From NCBI RefSeq assembly GCF_009914755.1, contig NC_060946.1: a stretch of 64,000 bases of DNA. The stretch is one strand, 5' to 3'. Below the pieces are notes generated by a model. That model saw only the letters and a list, made by a program, of their open reading frames with translations, did not search any database and was not told the origin of the DNA. Position 1 is the first letter of the stretch, and the number at the start of each line of letters is the position of its first letter. This document shows positions 1 through 16,397 of the stretch, one piece after another. The position numbers and the translations under genes were made by a program. The stretch is from the human T2T-CHM13v2.0 reference genome, Homo sapiens.

Positions 1-281
1 GAGTCTCATTTCATTGTCCGGGCTGGAGTGTGGCGGCATGATCATTACAGGATTACAGCTTCGACCTTCCAGCCTCAAGTGATCCTCCTGCCTCAGCTTC
101 CTGAGTAGTTGGGAGTATAGGCATGTGCCACTATGCCCAGATAATTTTTTTAATTATTTTTTTTAGAGGTGAGGTTTCACTAGGTTGCCCAGGCTGGTTT
201 CGACGTCCTAGGCTCAAGCAATCCTTCTGCCTCAGCCTCCCAAAGTGCTGGGATTACAGGTGTGAGCCACCACACCCGGCC
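1..281 (-). mobile_element. AluJ-like SINE (tail cut by window start)
   Basis: Antisense Alu consensus ending ...gtgagccaccacacccggcc. Confidence 0.9.
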
Positions 282-788
282 TAAACCCAAACTCTTAATA
301 TGATATTCCTATTCTTCTTAAGTATAAAAAGGTAGATTTCGGATAAAATAAATATTTGAGAATAATCCGTGTGAAATTTTTTATTCCTTCCTTTTCAATG
401 AGAGGGAGAGAAATAACAGGGAAATGACTGATATTTAGGTGTATATTTTAAGTTGGTCAATGGAGATAGTCTCAATACTACCTCATAATTACTTAGAATT
501 CTACAGCGGCAAAGAAAGGACACAAATTGATTTTGGAGCCAACTCAGTTGTGCTACATTGTAGAAGGGGGAAAATCCTTACTGTAATCGAAATTGAGACC
601 AAGCTACTTCTTAACATAGGATTTATTTTTAAAGTAGATGTTTAGAGATCCAAAATGTTTTTATAAGCTATAAAACTAAATAAATTACATAAATAAAATA
701 GTTAAAGGAAATACCCTATTTAGCATGGACAATTTCAGTACAGCAGTCATTTAGTAGATAAAAATAGACTGTGTTTCTGTTTTTGTAG

Positions 789-852
789 ACCTCAGTTTAA
801 AAATCCTCCGAGAAGATAAAAAATGTCCCGGGTCACTGCATATTATCAGATG
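789..852 (+). CDS. HORMAD2: HORMAD2 internal coding exon (probably exon 4), 64 nt, (D)[20 protein letters not shown](W)
   Basis: Polypyrimidine+TAG acceptor ends at 788 and GTAAGT donor starts at 853. Translation matches the HORMAD2 HORMA domain as I recall it and joins in phase to the next exon. Confidence 0.95.
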
Positions 853-998
853 GTAAGTAATAGAAATTCTATAAAAGTTGAACAACATTATTTTTATCAT
901 GGCTGAAATTACCCATAAGACTTTATTTAGTAAGATCATTTTTTAAAAAACCATTTCTTCTTTTCTACTTTCCCTCTTTCTTTTTCTTTTTCTGTTTT

Positions 999-1307
<309 letters not shown>

Positions 1308-1750
1308 CTACTTTCCCTCTTTCTTTTTAAAAATAATTTTCTAGGAATTTGTAAGAATTATTCAATATAATTTTAAGACACTGATTTAGCTTTTTGAAAG
1401 AAAATTGACTTGTATAAAAATAAAAACTGTGATAAAATATTAAATATATACACCTATTATGTACCCACACAGATTTTAAAAATTGATAATTCATCATATG
1501 TGTGTCAGTGTACTAAACATGGGATCCAAAAAAATTTGGTTCACTACCACAAAATAGCTCACTATTACTTATAAAGGTCTATCATCATATTAAAAGTTGC
1601 TGGAAGTTTAAAAAAATGATTAAATGGGAAAGGTAAGATGGTTATCAACTTAATGTACATCAAAGCAAAAAGTGCAAATGAATTCTGTACTTGGAATTTT
1701 TTTGGATTTGCATATGGTCCAATTGACATCAAACATTTATTTCTTGACAG

Positions 1751-1787
1751 GATTCAAGGTTGTTTTGATGCTTTGGAAAAGAGATAC
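1751..1787 (+). CDS. HORMAD2: HORMAD2 coding exon, 37 nt, (W)IQGCFDALEKRY
   Basis: ttcttgacag acceptor and GTAAGA donor at 1788. The GCFDAL.K.Y motif is typical of Hop1/HORMAD HORMA domains. Phase 2 to 0 is consistent with neighbours. Confidence 0.96.
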
Positions 1788-2380
1788 GTAAGAATGTTTT
1801 TACACTTACACTGGAATCAAAGGCTTGTCTTTTATTCTTTAAAAAAAGAAATTAGACATTTATTTTGTTTTTGTGTTTAACAGTATAAGTGTCTACGTTT
1901 GCATCCATAAACTAATTTCTTATCTTATGTCTTTATTGTCCTGTTGTTGTCTCCTTTGCATCAATTAGAAAGAAAACTCATTTTTTCTCTTTTACATACT
2001 CACATTTTTTGACCACAGAGTTTCCTCTGAAGTCACTGGAAGAGATCCACAGGATGTGGGACAGGAGAGACAAGAATCTGGCATTTAGTGCATTGAACAA
2101 ATTTAGAATAGTGGTGATTCAATTTGCAGATATGAAAGGAAAAAATTGACTTGAATAATTGGTTTTTATTCTGTCTTAGTTATTTTGGTAACTATATTTT
2201 GTTCATAAGTATAATCTATTCCCTTACAATAGCTAGTATTGTACCTCAAATTTTAAAAAAATACAGCTTAAATTTTAAGTGCATCTGATCTTTCATGCTG
2301 CCCAAGACAGCTATGAAGTGTGTACAAAATGGAGGCTCTAGTCCTAGTTGAAGAGACAAGATGTATATAAATGAAATTTC

Positions 2381-2788
2381 TCTTTTTCTTTTTTTTTCTG
2401 TGAAGCTTTTATTATGAACAGAGGGCAGGGCAAGGCAGGGGGCTCAGTCCTTGGCAGCGGCTTTCCTCATGGTGGCCAGGACATTGCGCAGCTCCTCCTA
2501 CTTCCTCTTGGTGCGGATGTGTGTTCCCACCTTTTTCTTGATGAACTTGAAGGCCCTTTTGTCCTTGGAGACCTTGAGCTACTCCATGGGATGCTGCCCA
2601 TACAGGGTGAAGCCACACACCTCTCAGATCATATCCCGCATGAACTTGGTGTGTTTGGTCAGGCACCTGCGATGGCAGCTGGGCCTGGGCTTGCTCACAT
2701 TCTTGGTCACCTTGTGGCCCTTGTTGAGGCCCATGGCTGTAGGATAAAGCAGAACCATGGCTGCTGCTCTCCAGTGACAGCCAAGGCC
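2381..2788 (-). pseudogene. Processed pseudogene of 60S ribosomal protein L36 (RPL36)
   Basis: Intronless former CDS 2758->2444 reads [25 protein letters not shown]...[15 protein letters not shown]...MRKAAAKD*. Premature stops at 2624-2626, 2579-2581 and 2498-2500. AATAAA at 2408-2413 (minus strand) and poly(A) remnant 2381-2398. Confidence 0.96.
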
Positions 2789-3354
2789 TGTAAGTATTTG
2801 AAATTTCCGCCACTGCTTTTCCCCACTTTCTCCATCTATGTCTTCTTTTTACTCCTCAATTCCTGTTCCTTTAAGAAATCTTGAGGTCAGGAAGCCTTAC
2901 ACTGGATTATTTAGCAAATTCATACATTTCTATTTCCACTGCACATTTGTTACTTATGATTTATTCAACACTGACCAGAGGGACCTAGGGATACAAAGAT
3001 AAAACAGAAGTGGGAAAGAGCTTGTAACCATGGCAGAAGATAAGTGAATTCATATGCAGGGCTGATGATCAGCTGTTACATACTGACTCAGCTGTATCTG
3101 CTCTTAAAATATTGAAATATTTCTGTATTGAATGGTGAATAGCTACTTTTCTGAGACCTCATGTGGCTCCCCATCAATATCCTCCCCATCACCTTACAGT
3201 GTCTCTTTTGGGATCTCTCCAGAACACTCCAAAATCCAGTAACCAAAGGGTTAATATCTAGTCCGAACGTTGCTTCCAGGAGGCCAGCTCTAGAGCCAAA
3301 TTGGCATCCTTTCTGATTGGCCAGTATCTATGTCATATTGGGCTTTACATGTTT

Positions 3355-3660
3355 ATTTATTAATTTTTTTGTGAGTGTGTGGCAGAGTCTTACTCTGTTG
3401 CCCAGGCTGGAGTGCAGTGGCGCAAACTTGGCTCACTGCAACCTCCGCCTCCCAGGTTCAAGCGATGCTGCTGCCTCAGCCTCCTAAGTAGCTGAGATTA
3501 CAGAAATGCACCACCACACTCGGCTAATTTTTGTATTTTTAGTAGAGATGGGGTTTCACCATGTTGGCTAGGCTTCTCTCGAACTCCTGACCTCAAGTGA
3601 TCTGCCCAACTCAGCCTCCCAACATGCTGGGATTACAGGCATGAACCACTTCACCCAGAC
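3355..3660 (-). mobile_element. AluS SINE
   Basis: Antisense Alu dimer. Confidence 0.9.
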
Positions 3661-3994
3661 TATATATTGATTTTTTTATATCAATTTGATATTTTTATGT
3701 AAAAATATCAGAGATATTTCAATCACCCCTATAATGCTCATTAGAAAGTGATGCATGCCAAAAGACAGATAATGATCATATGCAATGGGAAGTATGGGAA
3801 AGGAGGCACTATACCCTGTGAGAAACATGAGAGAAATCTTTTGAGAGAAAATAGCCTCTGAGCTTTGGAGGCCCTGAATATTTGGACAGATTGAGAGGGG
3901 GAGACGGCCATCACTGTTATACTGAACAGTGCTCACTCATTCCCCTTCATCCATTCATTTAGCAGCATTTCCTGACTGTTCCTCATTGAGGGGC

Positions 3995-4410
3995 AGTACA
4001 ATATAGTTAGAACTTCAAGTTTTGGAGTCAGATGGTCTGAAGAATCCCAGTTCTGTCACTTAACACCTGTGTGACCTTTGGCACGTAACCTACCTTTTGG
4101 TACCTTAGTTTCTTTGCATATAAGATGGGGATAATAATAGAATCCACTTGTTAAGGATATTTGATAATTAAATGAGTTAATAATCTAAAGCAGTGGTTCT
4201 CAAACTTTAGCTTGCATCAGAATCACCTGGAGGACTTGTTAAAACACATGTTGTGAAGCCTCACCTCAAAATTTCTGATGTAAGAATTTGCATTTCAGAC
4301 AAATTATAAGAGATGCTCTTGACTGCTGGTCTAGGGACCATAATTTGAAAACCACTGATCTAAAATGTTTAGAACAATGCCTGGCACATAACAAATACTA
4401 TGTATGTGTT
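3995..4410 (+). mobile_element. MIR SINE, split by MER5A
   Basis: MIR core (tgtgaccttt..cttagtttctt..taagatggggataataatag) resumes after 4357 (tttagaacaatgcctggcacata). Confidence 0.75.
4191..4357. mobile_element. MER5A-like hAT-Charlie MITE
   Basis: TIRs cagtggttctcaaa / tttgaaaaccactg; 8-bp TSD atctaaag/atctaaaa. Confidence 0.85.
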
Positions 4411-4773
4411 AAACATTCATTCTTTATACATTGGCTATTTAATCTGTGCCAGACACTGTGCCTAAGCATTGGATGAGATAATAATGAGAGTAAAATGTGA
4501 TTCCACTCCCAGGGAGGTCATAATATAATAGAGTCACTTCTTAAATAAAAAATTATAAGTATTACATGTACTAAAATAGCAGTATAATGTACAAAGAGTA
4601 TCTAGCTAGTTTGATAAATTTATTTTACTAAATGTCTACCTGTATGACTGACTCAGTCAAAATAGCTTGTTTTGGAGAGATCAAAAGACAAAATTTTAGA
4701 TAGATGACTTAGTCTCTTAAGTAAATAGTATTTATATTGTTTTTCAGTTGTTAATCTTTTATAACTTTCCTCA

Positions 4774-5156
<383 letters not shown>

Positions 5157-5194
5157 CTAGAGATCTTGAAAGGTGTTCCCCTGTAAGAGCATGA

Positions 5195-5476
<282 letters not shown>

Positions 5477-5539
5477 TAAGTACATATCAGTGTTGCAGAT
5501 AATTATTGTAAAAAAAGAGACTATATTGTATATAGCTAT

Positions 5540-6140
5540 CTAGCTTGTTTCCTTATTCGCATTCTCAGTCCCTCACCATTCCAACCCACTGTCCACACTG
5601 CATACTTTCAGAAACCCAAGTCTGATCATGTCATTCTTTTGCCTAAAAATTTTCCACAGCTTTTAAAATAAAGTTCAGGGTCCTTCACATGGTCTGCAAG
5701 GCCTGTATGATCCCTATCTTCCTGTCCAGGGCATCACTGTCATTCCCATGTTCAAGCCACACAAAGAATCTAGAACATGCCAAGCTCCTTTTACCTTTGC
5801 ATATATTGTTCCTCTTGCCTGGAAACTTCTCTCCCCTGCCCCATACACCTTGCCTGGCTAACTCCAATTTATCTGTCAAGTCTCAGCTTAAATATTTACT
5901 TCCCTAGGGAAGTAAATACTTCCCTCCCTGACACCCTCCTCCCTAGCCTAGATGGTCCCTTTATTTCATGTTCTCATAGCATCCCATGCTGCTTCTTCAT
6001 AGCAATGAACACGATGTTAATGATGTAGCTATCTTTGCTATTTTTTTGTTGTTTAACGTTGTTCTCCCCTGCTAGTCTAAATGTTCCCTGAGATTGGGAC
6101 CATGTCTATTTTTGAATGAATGCATAAATAAATGAACTCA
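5540..6140 (+). mobile_element. L2 LINE 3' fragment
   Basis: L2 motifs (tctgatcatgtca, cctttgcatat..gttcctcttgcctggaa, tgaatgaatg end). Confidence 0.7.
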
Positions 6141-6213
6141 ATTAAGTAATGTATGAGTTTATATGCAGTAATCAAAATGGCCACACAGTGGCAGTAAAGT
6201 TTTAGTCCTTTGA

Positions 6214-6965
<752 letters not shown>

Positions 6966-7338
6966 CTGAAATTTTCTGATTTGTATTCTAGTTTTTAAAA
7001 ACAATTATCATTGGCTTGATTATATTTCTATCTCTATATGTTACTCTTTCAAGCAGAGATAATCTGTTCATAGTAGTGTATATGTAGAGAGGACAAGGAC
7101 TTTATAGACATATAAGATGTTTTTACTTTAGTAGATTAGTTTCAAATGGGACACTTTTTGAGGTACTTGTTGCATATTTAATTATTTAGTAATAATGAAT
7201 TATTTTGTATACCTTTTGCCTCCAGAACTAGAATATAACTTTTTAAGGGTAGGGATAGTTATCTTTTTTGTGTCCCTCTCGTCTCTAGCAGAGCCCTGTG
7301 TACGTAATGGACTCTCACTTGAATGAGTGAATAGTTAG

Positions 7339-7612
7339 TACAGTTGGCCCTCCATGTATCAGAGCATTCTACATCCACAGATTCAACCAACTGGAAAATA
7401 TTTAGAAAAAATAACAGTACAACAATAAAAATAATACAAATAAAAAATACAGTGTGACAAGTATTTATATAGCATTTACATGGTATTAAGTATTATAAGT
7501 AATCTAGAAATGATTTAAAATACAGTTGAACTCATTACACATTATATACAGGTATCAAAATATCACATGTACCCCCAAAATATGTACAACTATTATATAT
7601 CAATTAAAAAAT
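7339..7612. mobile_element. Partial MER2 (TcMar-Tigger) followed by an L1MA 3' tip
   Basis: ta-cagttggccctcc TIR, attcaaccaac, tattataagtaatctaga; then atatcacatgtacccccaaaatatgtacaactattat..aaaaa. Confidence 0.7.
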
Positions 7613-7681
7613 GCTAGTCTTTCAGAAATGGAGAGAAAAAAAGAAAAAATTATAGGAAAGAATCAGTTTTCAGATATCTAG

Positions 7682-8050
<369 letters not shown>

Positions 8051-8086
8051 TAGCATAAAATTAATTTTGACCTTCCTGGAAAAAAG

Positions 8087-8997
<911 letters not shown>

Positions 8998-9145
8998 TCC
9001 TTTTTCTTCTGGCCTTCTGGATATTTTTTTCCTACCCAAATCTTTCGAACCTCTCTGAAATAATATTTTAATTAGTCTATTGAAAAGAATGATAATATAG
9101 GTGCAAGTATGTAATAATAATAGTTTTTTTTTCTTTCTCTTGAAG

Positions 9146-9166
9146 CTACGTATGGCAGTACTGACA
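9146..9166 (+). CDS. HORMAD2: HORMAD2 micro-exon, 21 nt, LRMAVLT
   Basis: T-rich tract then tgaag acceptor; GTAAGT donor at 9167. Supplies the expected residues after ...KRY. Confidence 0.92.
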
Positions 9167-9845
9167 GTAAGTACACACTCATTTAAAGACCAAGCCTCTG
9201 TCTCTATTTCATTGTCTTTTGGCAAGTGAAACATTAAAACAGTACTCTCCCTCTTCCTCCCTGACTTTTTTTTTTTAATCTGTCTTGGAATTAAAAACAT
9301 AGGATCTATCAGAAGTTTAATAAAAGATTATGAATTGTATATTTCTTTGGTATAATACATGGGAAAATGTATAGGCTATACTATCTGCTTCATTTATTGG
9401 CTCTCAGGATTTTATTTTTTTAGTTACTTTACAGACTCCAAATTTTTTGTTTTTGAAGTTTGGTAGACTCTTTTGAAATTTTGTATACCTCTGAGTTTAA
9501 CATGTTATACATAGTTAAGAATAGAAAATGAGAAGATACCACTGAGAGTCTTAGATCTATGATTTATTGAACAAATTTTAAACCATAATGGATTATTTAG
9601 AATTTATTTGTAGCTTAGTCATGGTAATTATGAATGCTTCATTATTAATTTCCTTTTATTCAGTGTTCACAGAATATTCTAAAGACTCTACATTCACAAA
9701 ATAAGCATATCCTATCTCTAGCTTAAAATATATGTCTGTACTCAACTAATAGAACACAAATTGAACTCTATATAAAAAAGGTATTTGATGAGGAGTAATC
9801 TAGTAAATTCCAGAAATTAAATGATGTTTATTTTCCCTTATACAG

Positions 9846-9872
9846 CTTTACACAGATCCCATGGGATCTGAG
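9846..9872 (+). CDS. HORMAD2: HORMAD2 micro-exon, 27 nt, LYTDPMGSE
   Basis: ttttcccttatacag acceptor and GTAAGA donor at 9873; in frame with flanking exons. Confidence 0.92.
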
Positions 9873-10586
9873 GTAAGAACACACACAAACGTATAGGTGG
9901 GTAGTATATGTATATTATATTTTAAGATGTTTTTCTGAGTTGAGGCTATAGATTTTGTTACTAGACTACCATATGAGCAGAGGAACTAATAGTGGGCTCT
10001 TTCAGTATATTTTACTCTAAACTTGACCAATCTCTTATTATGAGATTTTTCAAAAACTATGTAAGGGTATTGGGGAAAAAAGGCATTGAGAAGAACTGAG
10101 CTTATTCCCTAACCTGTTGGCATTAAGAGTCTCTTAATGTATAAATGTATAAAACCACATTTTTTTCTTAAAAATTTTTTAAATTTAATTTTTATGAACT
10201 TTTTTTCCGAGTCATATAAAACCACATTTTATTATTTATTTAAACTGATTATGAATCTTTTCTGTTTATGGCCTTTTGGGAAAATAAATGAGATATGGCA
10301 TAACTCTAATTTTCATTTTTGCCAACTAAATTCTCCCTCTTTTCGTGTTTTTATAGATTTTCAGAGCTTTACCTCTTTACTTCTCTCTTTAGATTTCTTC
10401 CCTCTGTTTAGGGAATCCGACTCATCTTCAAGGCCAACTATGTTCATATCTTATATGTAAACCTCTTTGGCTATTTGGTCTATACTAACTTCTTTCTTTA
10501 AATTCTTTTTCCAGCAGAACCCCACAATTTAACACTCTCAATTGATTCATATTGATTACTTAATCTCCTCAACCAGATTGTGAATT

Positions 10587-10888
10587 CTTCTTTTTTTTTC
10601 TTTTTTCTTTTTTTAGATGGAGTCTCGCTCTGTTACATAGGCTGGCTCTGCCTCCCAGGCTTCTAGCAATTCTCCTGCCTCAGCCTCCTGAGTAGCTGGG
10701 ACTACTGGCATGCACCACCATGGCCGGCTAATTTTTATATTTTTTATATTTTTAATTTTTATATTTTTAGTAGAGATGGGGTTTCACCGTGTTGGCCAGG
10801 CTGGTCTTGAACTCCTAACCTCAGTGATCTTCCTGCCTCCTCCTCCCAAAGTGCTGGGATTACTGGCATGACCCAGCATGTCTGGCCC
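10587..10888 (-). mobile_element. AluS with internal deletion and amplified middle A-linker
   Basis: ggctgg joined directly to ctctgcctccc; repeated tttttatat; TSD ccagattgtgaattctt. Confidence 0.88.
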
Positions 10889-12475
10889 AGATTGTGAATT
10901 CTTGAGGACAAGAGTCTTGTCTCATAGTCTTGGACACATAATAGTTACTTGTGCCACTTTGAATGTGGCTGTGGGACAGAAATTGAGGGAGAAACTTTCT
11001 GTTCTCTTCTCACTTTACTCTCTTTGTCTTTCTCCTAGCTTTCTTTCCTTTTTCTTTACTTTCAATTTTCCTTCTCTAAGCCTACATATTTAGCCTAACT
11101 GGTGCTATTCTAGACTAAATTATGCATTTTTGGCTCTTAATATTCTTTCTTTGCAAGATGACATGTAGCTGTTTAAGCAAGGGGTAAGAAAACTTTTACA
11201 TACGGTAGGTAGCAATTCCTCAATGCCCAAACTAGTTCTATCTTTTATTTCTTTGTCTATTGTTTCATTTCAAAATGGTTCCCCACCACACTGTAAGTTT
11301 GAAGGGAAGTTTCCCAAAATAAAACCTTCTGATAGTTACTAAATTGATCATTTTCTTAGTGTAGTATTTATCATGTTTTCTTATGCATGAAAACTTCCTA
11401 GTTTGAAACCAGTGTTTTTTGGGGGTAGTGAAATGCTAAGCAAGTTGAGTTTAATTACAAAAAAAGTATTACAGAGTGGGAAGAAATGCAGGCATATATA
11501 ATAATGAAGTTAGGAAACAAAAGCTGGTTATGTGGTAAGTTTTGAGCTATCATTTATGACCCAGGAAAAAATATTTTGAATGTTTACAGAGTGTTCCCCT
11601 TATGGGTAGATAGTGATGCCTAACCTCTACGTGTTCATGGTATACTTTTTATTACTAAAAAATTCAGTAGCATATTGGGTAATACTAAAACACTCAAAGG
11701 AGCCCAAACAAATCAGTAATAATTACAATGTAACTACTACTGTGGTATAGCAATGTTCATAGGGCCTAAAAAGCATCCACAAGTTACATTATTTTATGAT
11801 TGCTATTTAGCATCAAGTCACTGATAAAACTATTTAGCTCCCTGATCTCATTCTCTTATGTACTCAAAAACAACATTCTAACATAAACATCGTCTTTGGC
11901 ATTCATCTCATATTGTGCCATGTTTCTTGAGTTATATGCCTGGAAGTATATCCTTTCCTAAACAAAATTGCACAAACAATAACAATGTTTATATATGCCT
12001 GAAGCAAAAATACACTAGACAGTTGGATTAAAATTTGCAGCACTCTTGTGAAGAGTATGTCATGGTATAACAATTGAGAACCTCTGGCTTAAATCAAACA
12101 AGTGTGTGTCCCTAGTTCAGAAGGCCAACTGAGTTTTCAGCATTCTACAAAGTTATGGTACTTCTGTGCTATAAGTTTTGTTCTGGTTGCTCCATCTCAT
12201 GAAAGAGATGACCAACGAAAGTAACTAAGCATCTAAGTAAACTAAGTACTAAAGTAGTGAAGAGTGATAGTGTAGCTTTTCTATAGGAACACACTACAAA
12301 ATGAGTAGCAAGTATTAGTAAAACATGTAAGCCAAAATGTAAATAAGATTTACACAGCTTAATGCATATAAGACCATATAGAATTATTATATATGAATAT
12401 GGTGAAGGCATAAATCTTATGGTTTCACTATCTATTCCTTTGTGCCTGTTTACCATTGGAGGTGATCAATACTCT

Positions 12476-12757
12476 TTATTTTTTATTTTTTTAAGAGACA
12501 GGCTCTCCCTCCATCACCCAGGCTGGAGTTCAGTGGTGTGATCTTGGCTCATGGCAGCCTTGACCTTCTAGGCCCAAGCGATCCTCCAACCTCAGCTTCC
12601 CAAGTAGCTGGGACTGCAGTTGTTCGCCACAATGCCCAGTTATTTTTTAAAATTTTTGCAAATGTGGGGTTATGTTGCCCCGGCTGGTCTCAAAGGATCC
12701 CCTTGCCTCAGCCTCCCAAAATGCTGGGATTACAGGTGTGAGCCACTGCACTTGGCC
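12476..12757 (-). mobile_element. AluJ SINE
   Basis: Diverged antisense Alu. Confidence 0.88.
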
Positions 12758-12899
12758 AACACTCACCTTTAATAGATTGCCTCATAAACTTAACTATAAG
12801 TAGTGTCCATTTCTAGCCACAATATACTTTTAGATACTTTATTTTAGAAAAAAATCGTTGTAGGATGAAATCCTAAGTAAGCATGAACTCTACCTTGGC

Positions 12900-13870
12900 C
12901 AAATATTTATTCATTCAGCAAATATTAATTGGGTTCCTTTTATGTGCCTAGCACTGTTCAAGGTATAAAAACACAGGGGTGAATGGGATAGGCAAGATCC
13001 CTGCTCTCTAGAAGCCTACGTTCTTATGAGGTAGGATAAACAATAAATAAATAAATAAAAATTAGTACAAACAATTTCAGATAGACATAGTGCTATGAAG
13101 AAAATTTTTTAAACAGGTGATGTACTAGAGAGTGCTGAAGTGGAGAATGAAGAAGGAGGGATTGGATGGCTGTGTTAGATTGGGCAGTTCCTAGGAGGCA
13201 TCCCTGAGAGGCTACTGTTTGAGCTGAGATGAATAACCAGAAGGAGTCAGCCCATGCAAGTCTGTGAAGGGCAATGGCATGTGACAGGCCAAATAACACC
13301 ACAGTTAACATCACAGGCATTGGCGTCAAATCGCAGTTCTACCACTTACTAGCTACATCAATAATGAGACTAATGTCTACTTCAGAGTGTTGGCTACACA
13401 AGGAGATGAACTTGTGAAATATTTAGGGCAGTGCCTGAATATTATTATTATCATTAACCGGAGACCACATGTTCCAGAATATAGCTGTCCAAAGGCCCTA
13501 AGACAGGAAGGAATCTTGGGTGTTTGAGCATAGAAAAGGTGCCATGAGCCTGGAGCTTAGCTGAGTGCAAGGGAAAGTGGCCAGAGATAAGGTTAGAGAG
13601 GCAGACAGGGGACAGATGAGTAGGGCCTTGCAAATCAAGATAACTTTTGGATTTTATTTTAAGGGTGGTGAGAAGCTAATGGGGGTTTTTAAGAAAATGA
13701 GTGACATGGTCTGATTTGTATTTTCAAAAACTACTTTTGGCTGCAGAACAGAGAATGAGCATCAGATGGACTTGGAATTTGCTTTAGAGATAGACCTGAA
13801 AAGTCTTGCCAATGGGTTGGAATGTGGAGGGAGAAGGAAAGGCTGCATATGTTGCTGCTGCTTTGGCCTA
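12900..13870 (-). mobile_element. L2 fragments with nested MIR remnant
   Basis: tttattcattcagcaaatatt..tatgtgcctagcactgtt, agatccctgctctc, tttggattttatttt..ggtgagaagc motifs. Confidence 0.65.
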
Positions 13871-14769
13871 TGTGACTATATTTAGTATGATTCATAGAAA
13901 CCACTGATGAGCAGTTCAATGGTTCATCTTTATTAGGCAACACATTAGTCTGAAAAGTGTTATATGAGGTGTTAAGAATAGTGCCTGCTGTAAATATACT
14001 TTCCTAGATAAGCCAGAGTCAGACTGAAGTTAATTAAGGATTAGCATCTTCTGTAAAACAATTATAACTATAACTCTTTTATTAGTTGCTTCAGGGATCA
14101 AATAATAAAGTGTAAATAAAATTATCAACTACTAAAACAACCTACTCTTGTTACAATTTAAAAAAACAAAAGATCACTCAGAGCATTAAAAAGCTAGAGT
14201 TGATTGAGAAACATGGGCAGGCAGGAAGAATGAGCATTGTTTGCTTGGCAGAGCAATTACACCCAGCATTGGCTAAGAGAGGACTCTGTTCATCTCGCCT
14301 ATCTGGAGTGAACCTGTTGCTATAGGCTCCTCTAATCTCATCTGTCTCTCCTATTGTATTTACAAAGCAGTTTTCTGAACTTGATTTGATTTCTCAAGTA
14401 GGCTGTCTTATTCAGAAAATACTTTTATCTTTTAAAATTAACTCCATTACAAATCAATCTCCTTAGAGTTTAAGCATCATGAGCCAATTTTCCCAAGATC
14501 TGATCACCTGTAATTAAGTTTCATGTTAAGGTTTAAGATCAGCAGAGCTGGGAGGCTTAAAGTAACAGAAACACTGAGACTTTTTCTGATCAGTCTGACA
14601 TCCTCATTTTCACATTGTCAAGGATCAAATACTGAACCAGATGAATAAAGGACATTTTTTGTGTTCTGTTTTGAGCTTATACTGTTTACTTGTCATTAGT
14701 ACTTCTCCAGCTCTGTGGACATACTGTATGACATATCTGGGCCAAACATTTGCTTCAACTACTAGATGT

Positions 14770-15165
<396 letters not shown>

Positions 15166-15329
15166 ACATTCATTTTATTTTAAATGGAATCTATCTCTTA
15201 TGAGGAAATTTGTCCCTCTTTATTTCTAGTTTTCTTAACAGTGAGGAGAGCAGATAGCAGTAGTAGCATCTAGTTTTCAGTGCAGGACTGAAAAAACAAG
15301 ACTTGATATCAGAGATCAGGGCTCCTTTT

Positions 15330-16020
15330 CTAATTTTTGTAATTTTCCTATTGCCATTATAGTCTTCCCTGAATTACTGCAGTAGACTCTTAATTGCTCT
15401 CATGGTTTTTATTTCTTCCCCTCTGCACTTTTAAAGGAGCCAAGATGATGTTTAAAAAATACAAATCACTCACCTGCTTAAAACTCTTCCGTAGACTTCT
15501 AGCTTACTTAGAATGAAATCCAAACCCCTTACCATAGCCAACAAGGCCCCATAGTCTCCTTTATCACCTCATTTCCTGGGTTCTCCCCCTCGCTCACTGG
15601 TTTCCAGCCACTGGGCCTCCTCTCTGACCCTAGAAGAGGCATCCCTCCCCACTTCAGAGCCTTTGCATTGCTGTTCCCTCTGCCTGAGGCACCCCACCCC
15701 CAAGATCTGCACATAACTGACCCTTGAGGCTCAGTTCAAACCTCACCTCTTCAGCAAGGCCTTCCTTGGCCCTTCCAAACCAAAGCAGCACTTGTCCCCT
15801 TCATGTACCTCTCTATCACAGCATCTGCTTCTTGTTCACAGCACTTACACTATCGGAATTAGCTTATTTCATTTGTTTACTTATTTACTGACTATTTCCC
15901 CTACTGGATTGTATGTATATTCCAGAAAAACAGGGACCTTTTCTGTCTTGTTCACCGCTGTGACTCCAGTGACTGGCACAAAGTAGACATTCAATACAAT
16001 ATTTGTTACATGAATGAATG
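15330..16020 (+). mobile_element. L2 LINE 3' fragment
   Basis: ctttgcattgctgttccctctgcctg, gtcttgttcaccgctgtg, ttacatgaatgaatg. Confidence 0.75.
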
Positions 16021-16329
16021 GTTTCTCAACTGTTTCCACTGTTGTTTACCTAGTTTGGTTAGATATTTGACTCTGTGATTTTGTTTTTCCAGCTTTAAAA
16101 TGGTAATAATAGTATCTTTCATCTAATTTATTTTTAGCATGGAGGAGAAAAACTAGGTTGTCTTTATATTTGGAAATATTACTCTTGAATAATGTGATAC
16201 TGTGAAACAAACAGCTATATAGGAAGTACAGTAGATATACAGTGAAAATGTTCCTTACTTATGATCAGGTAAGATTCTGGATTTCTTTTCTAAATTCTTT
16301 TTTTTCTTTATTTCCTTTGGTTTTTGTAG

Positions 16330-16397
16330 AAGGTGACTGAGATGTACCAGTTCAAATTCAAATACACGAAAGAAGGAGCCACTATGGATTTTGACAG
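16330..16397 (+). CDS. HORMAD2: HORMAD2 coding exon, 68 nt, KVTEMYQFKFKYTKEGATMDFD(S)
   Basis: Long T tract then gtag acceptor; GTAGAA donor at 16398. The E.Y.F.F.Y motif is characteristic of HORMA domains. Confidence 0.95.

Noticed and set aside
2412-2884. Three overlapping ORFs (133, 156 and 98 aa)
   Set aside because: These are off-frame or antisense readings of the GC-rich RPL36 retrocopy; the true RPL36 frame has three premature stops.
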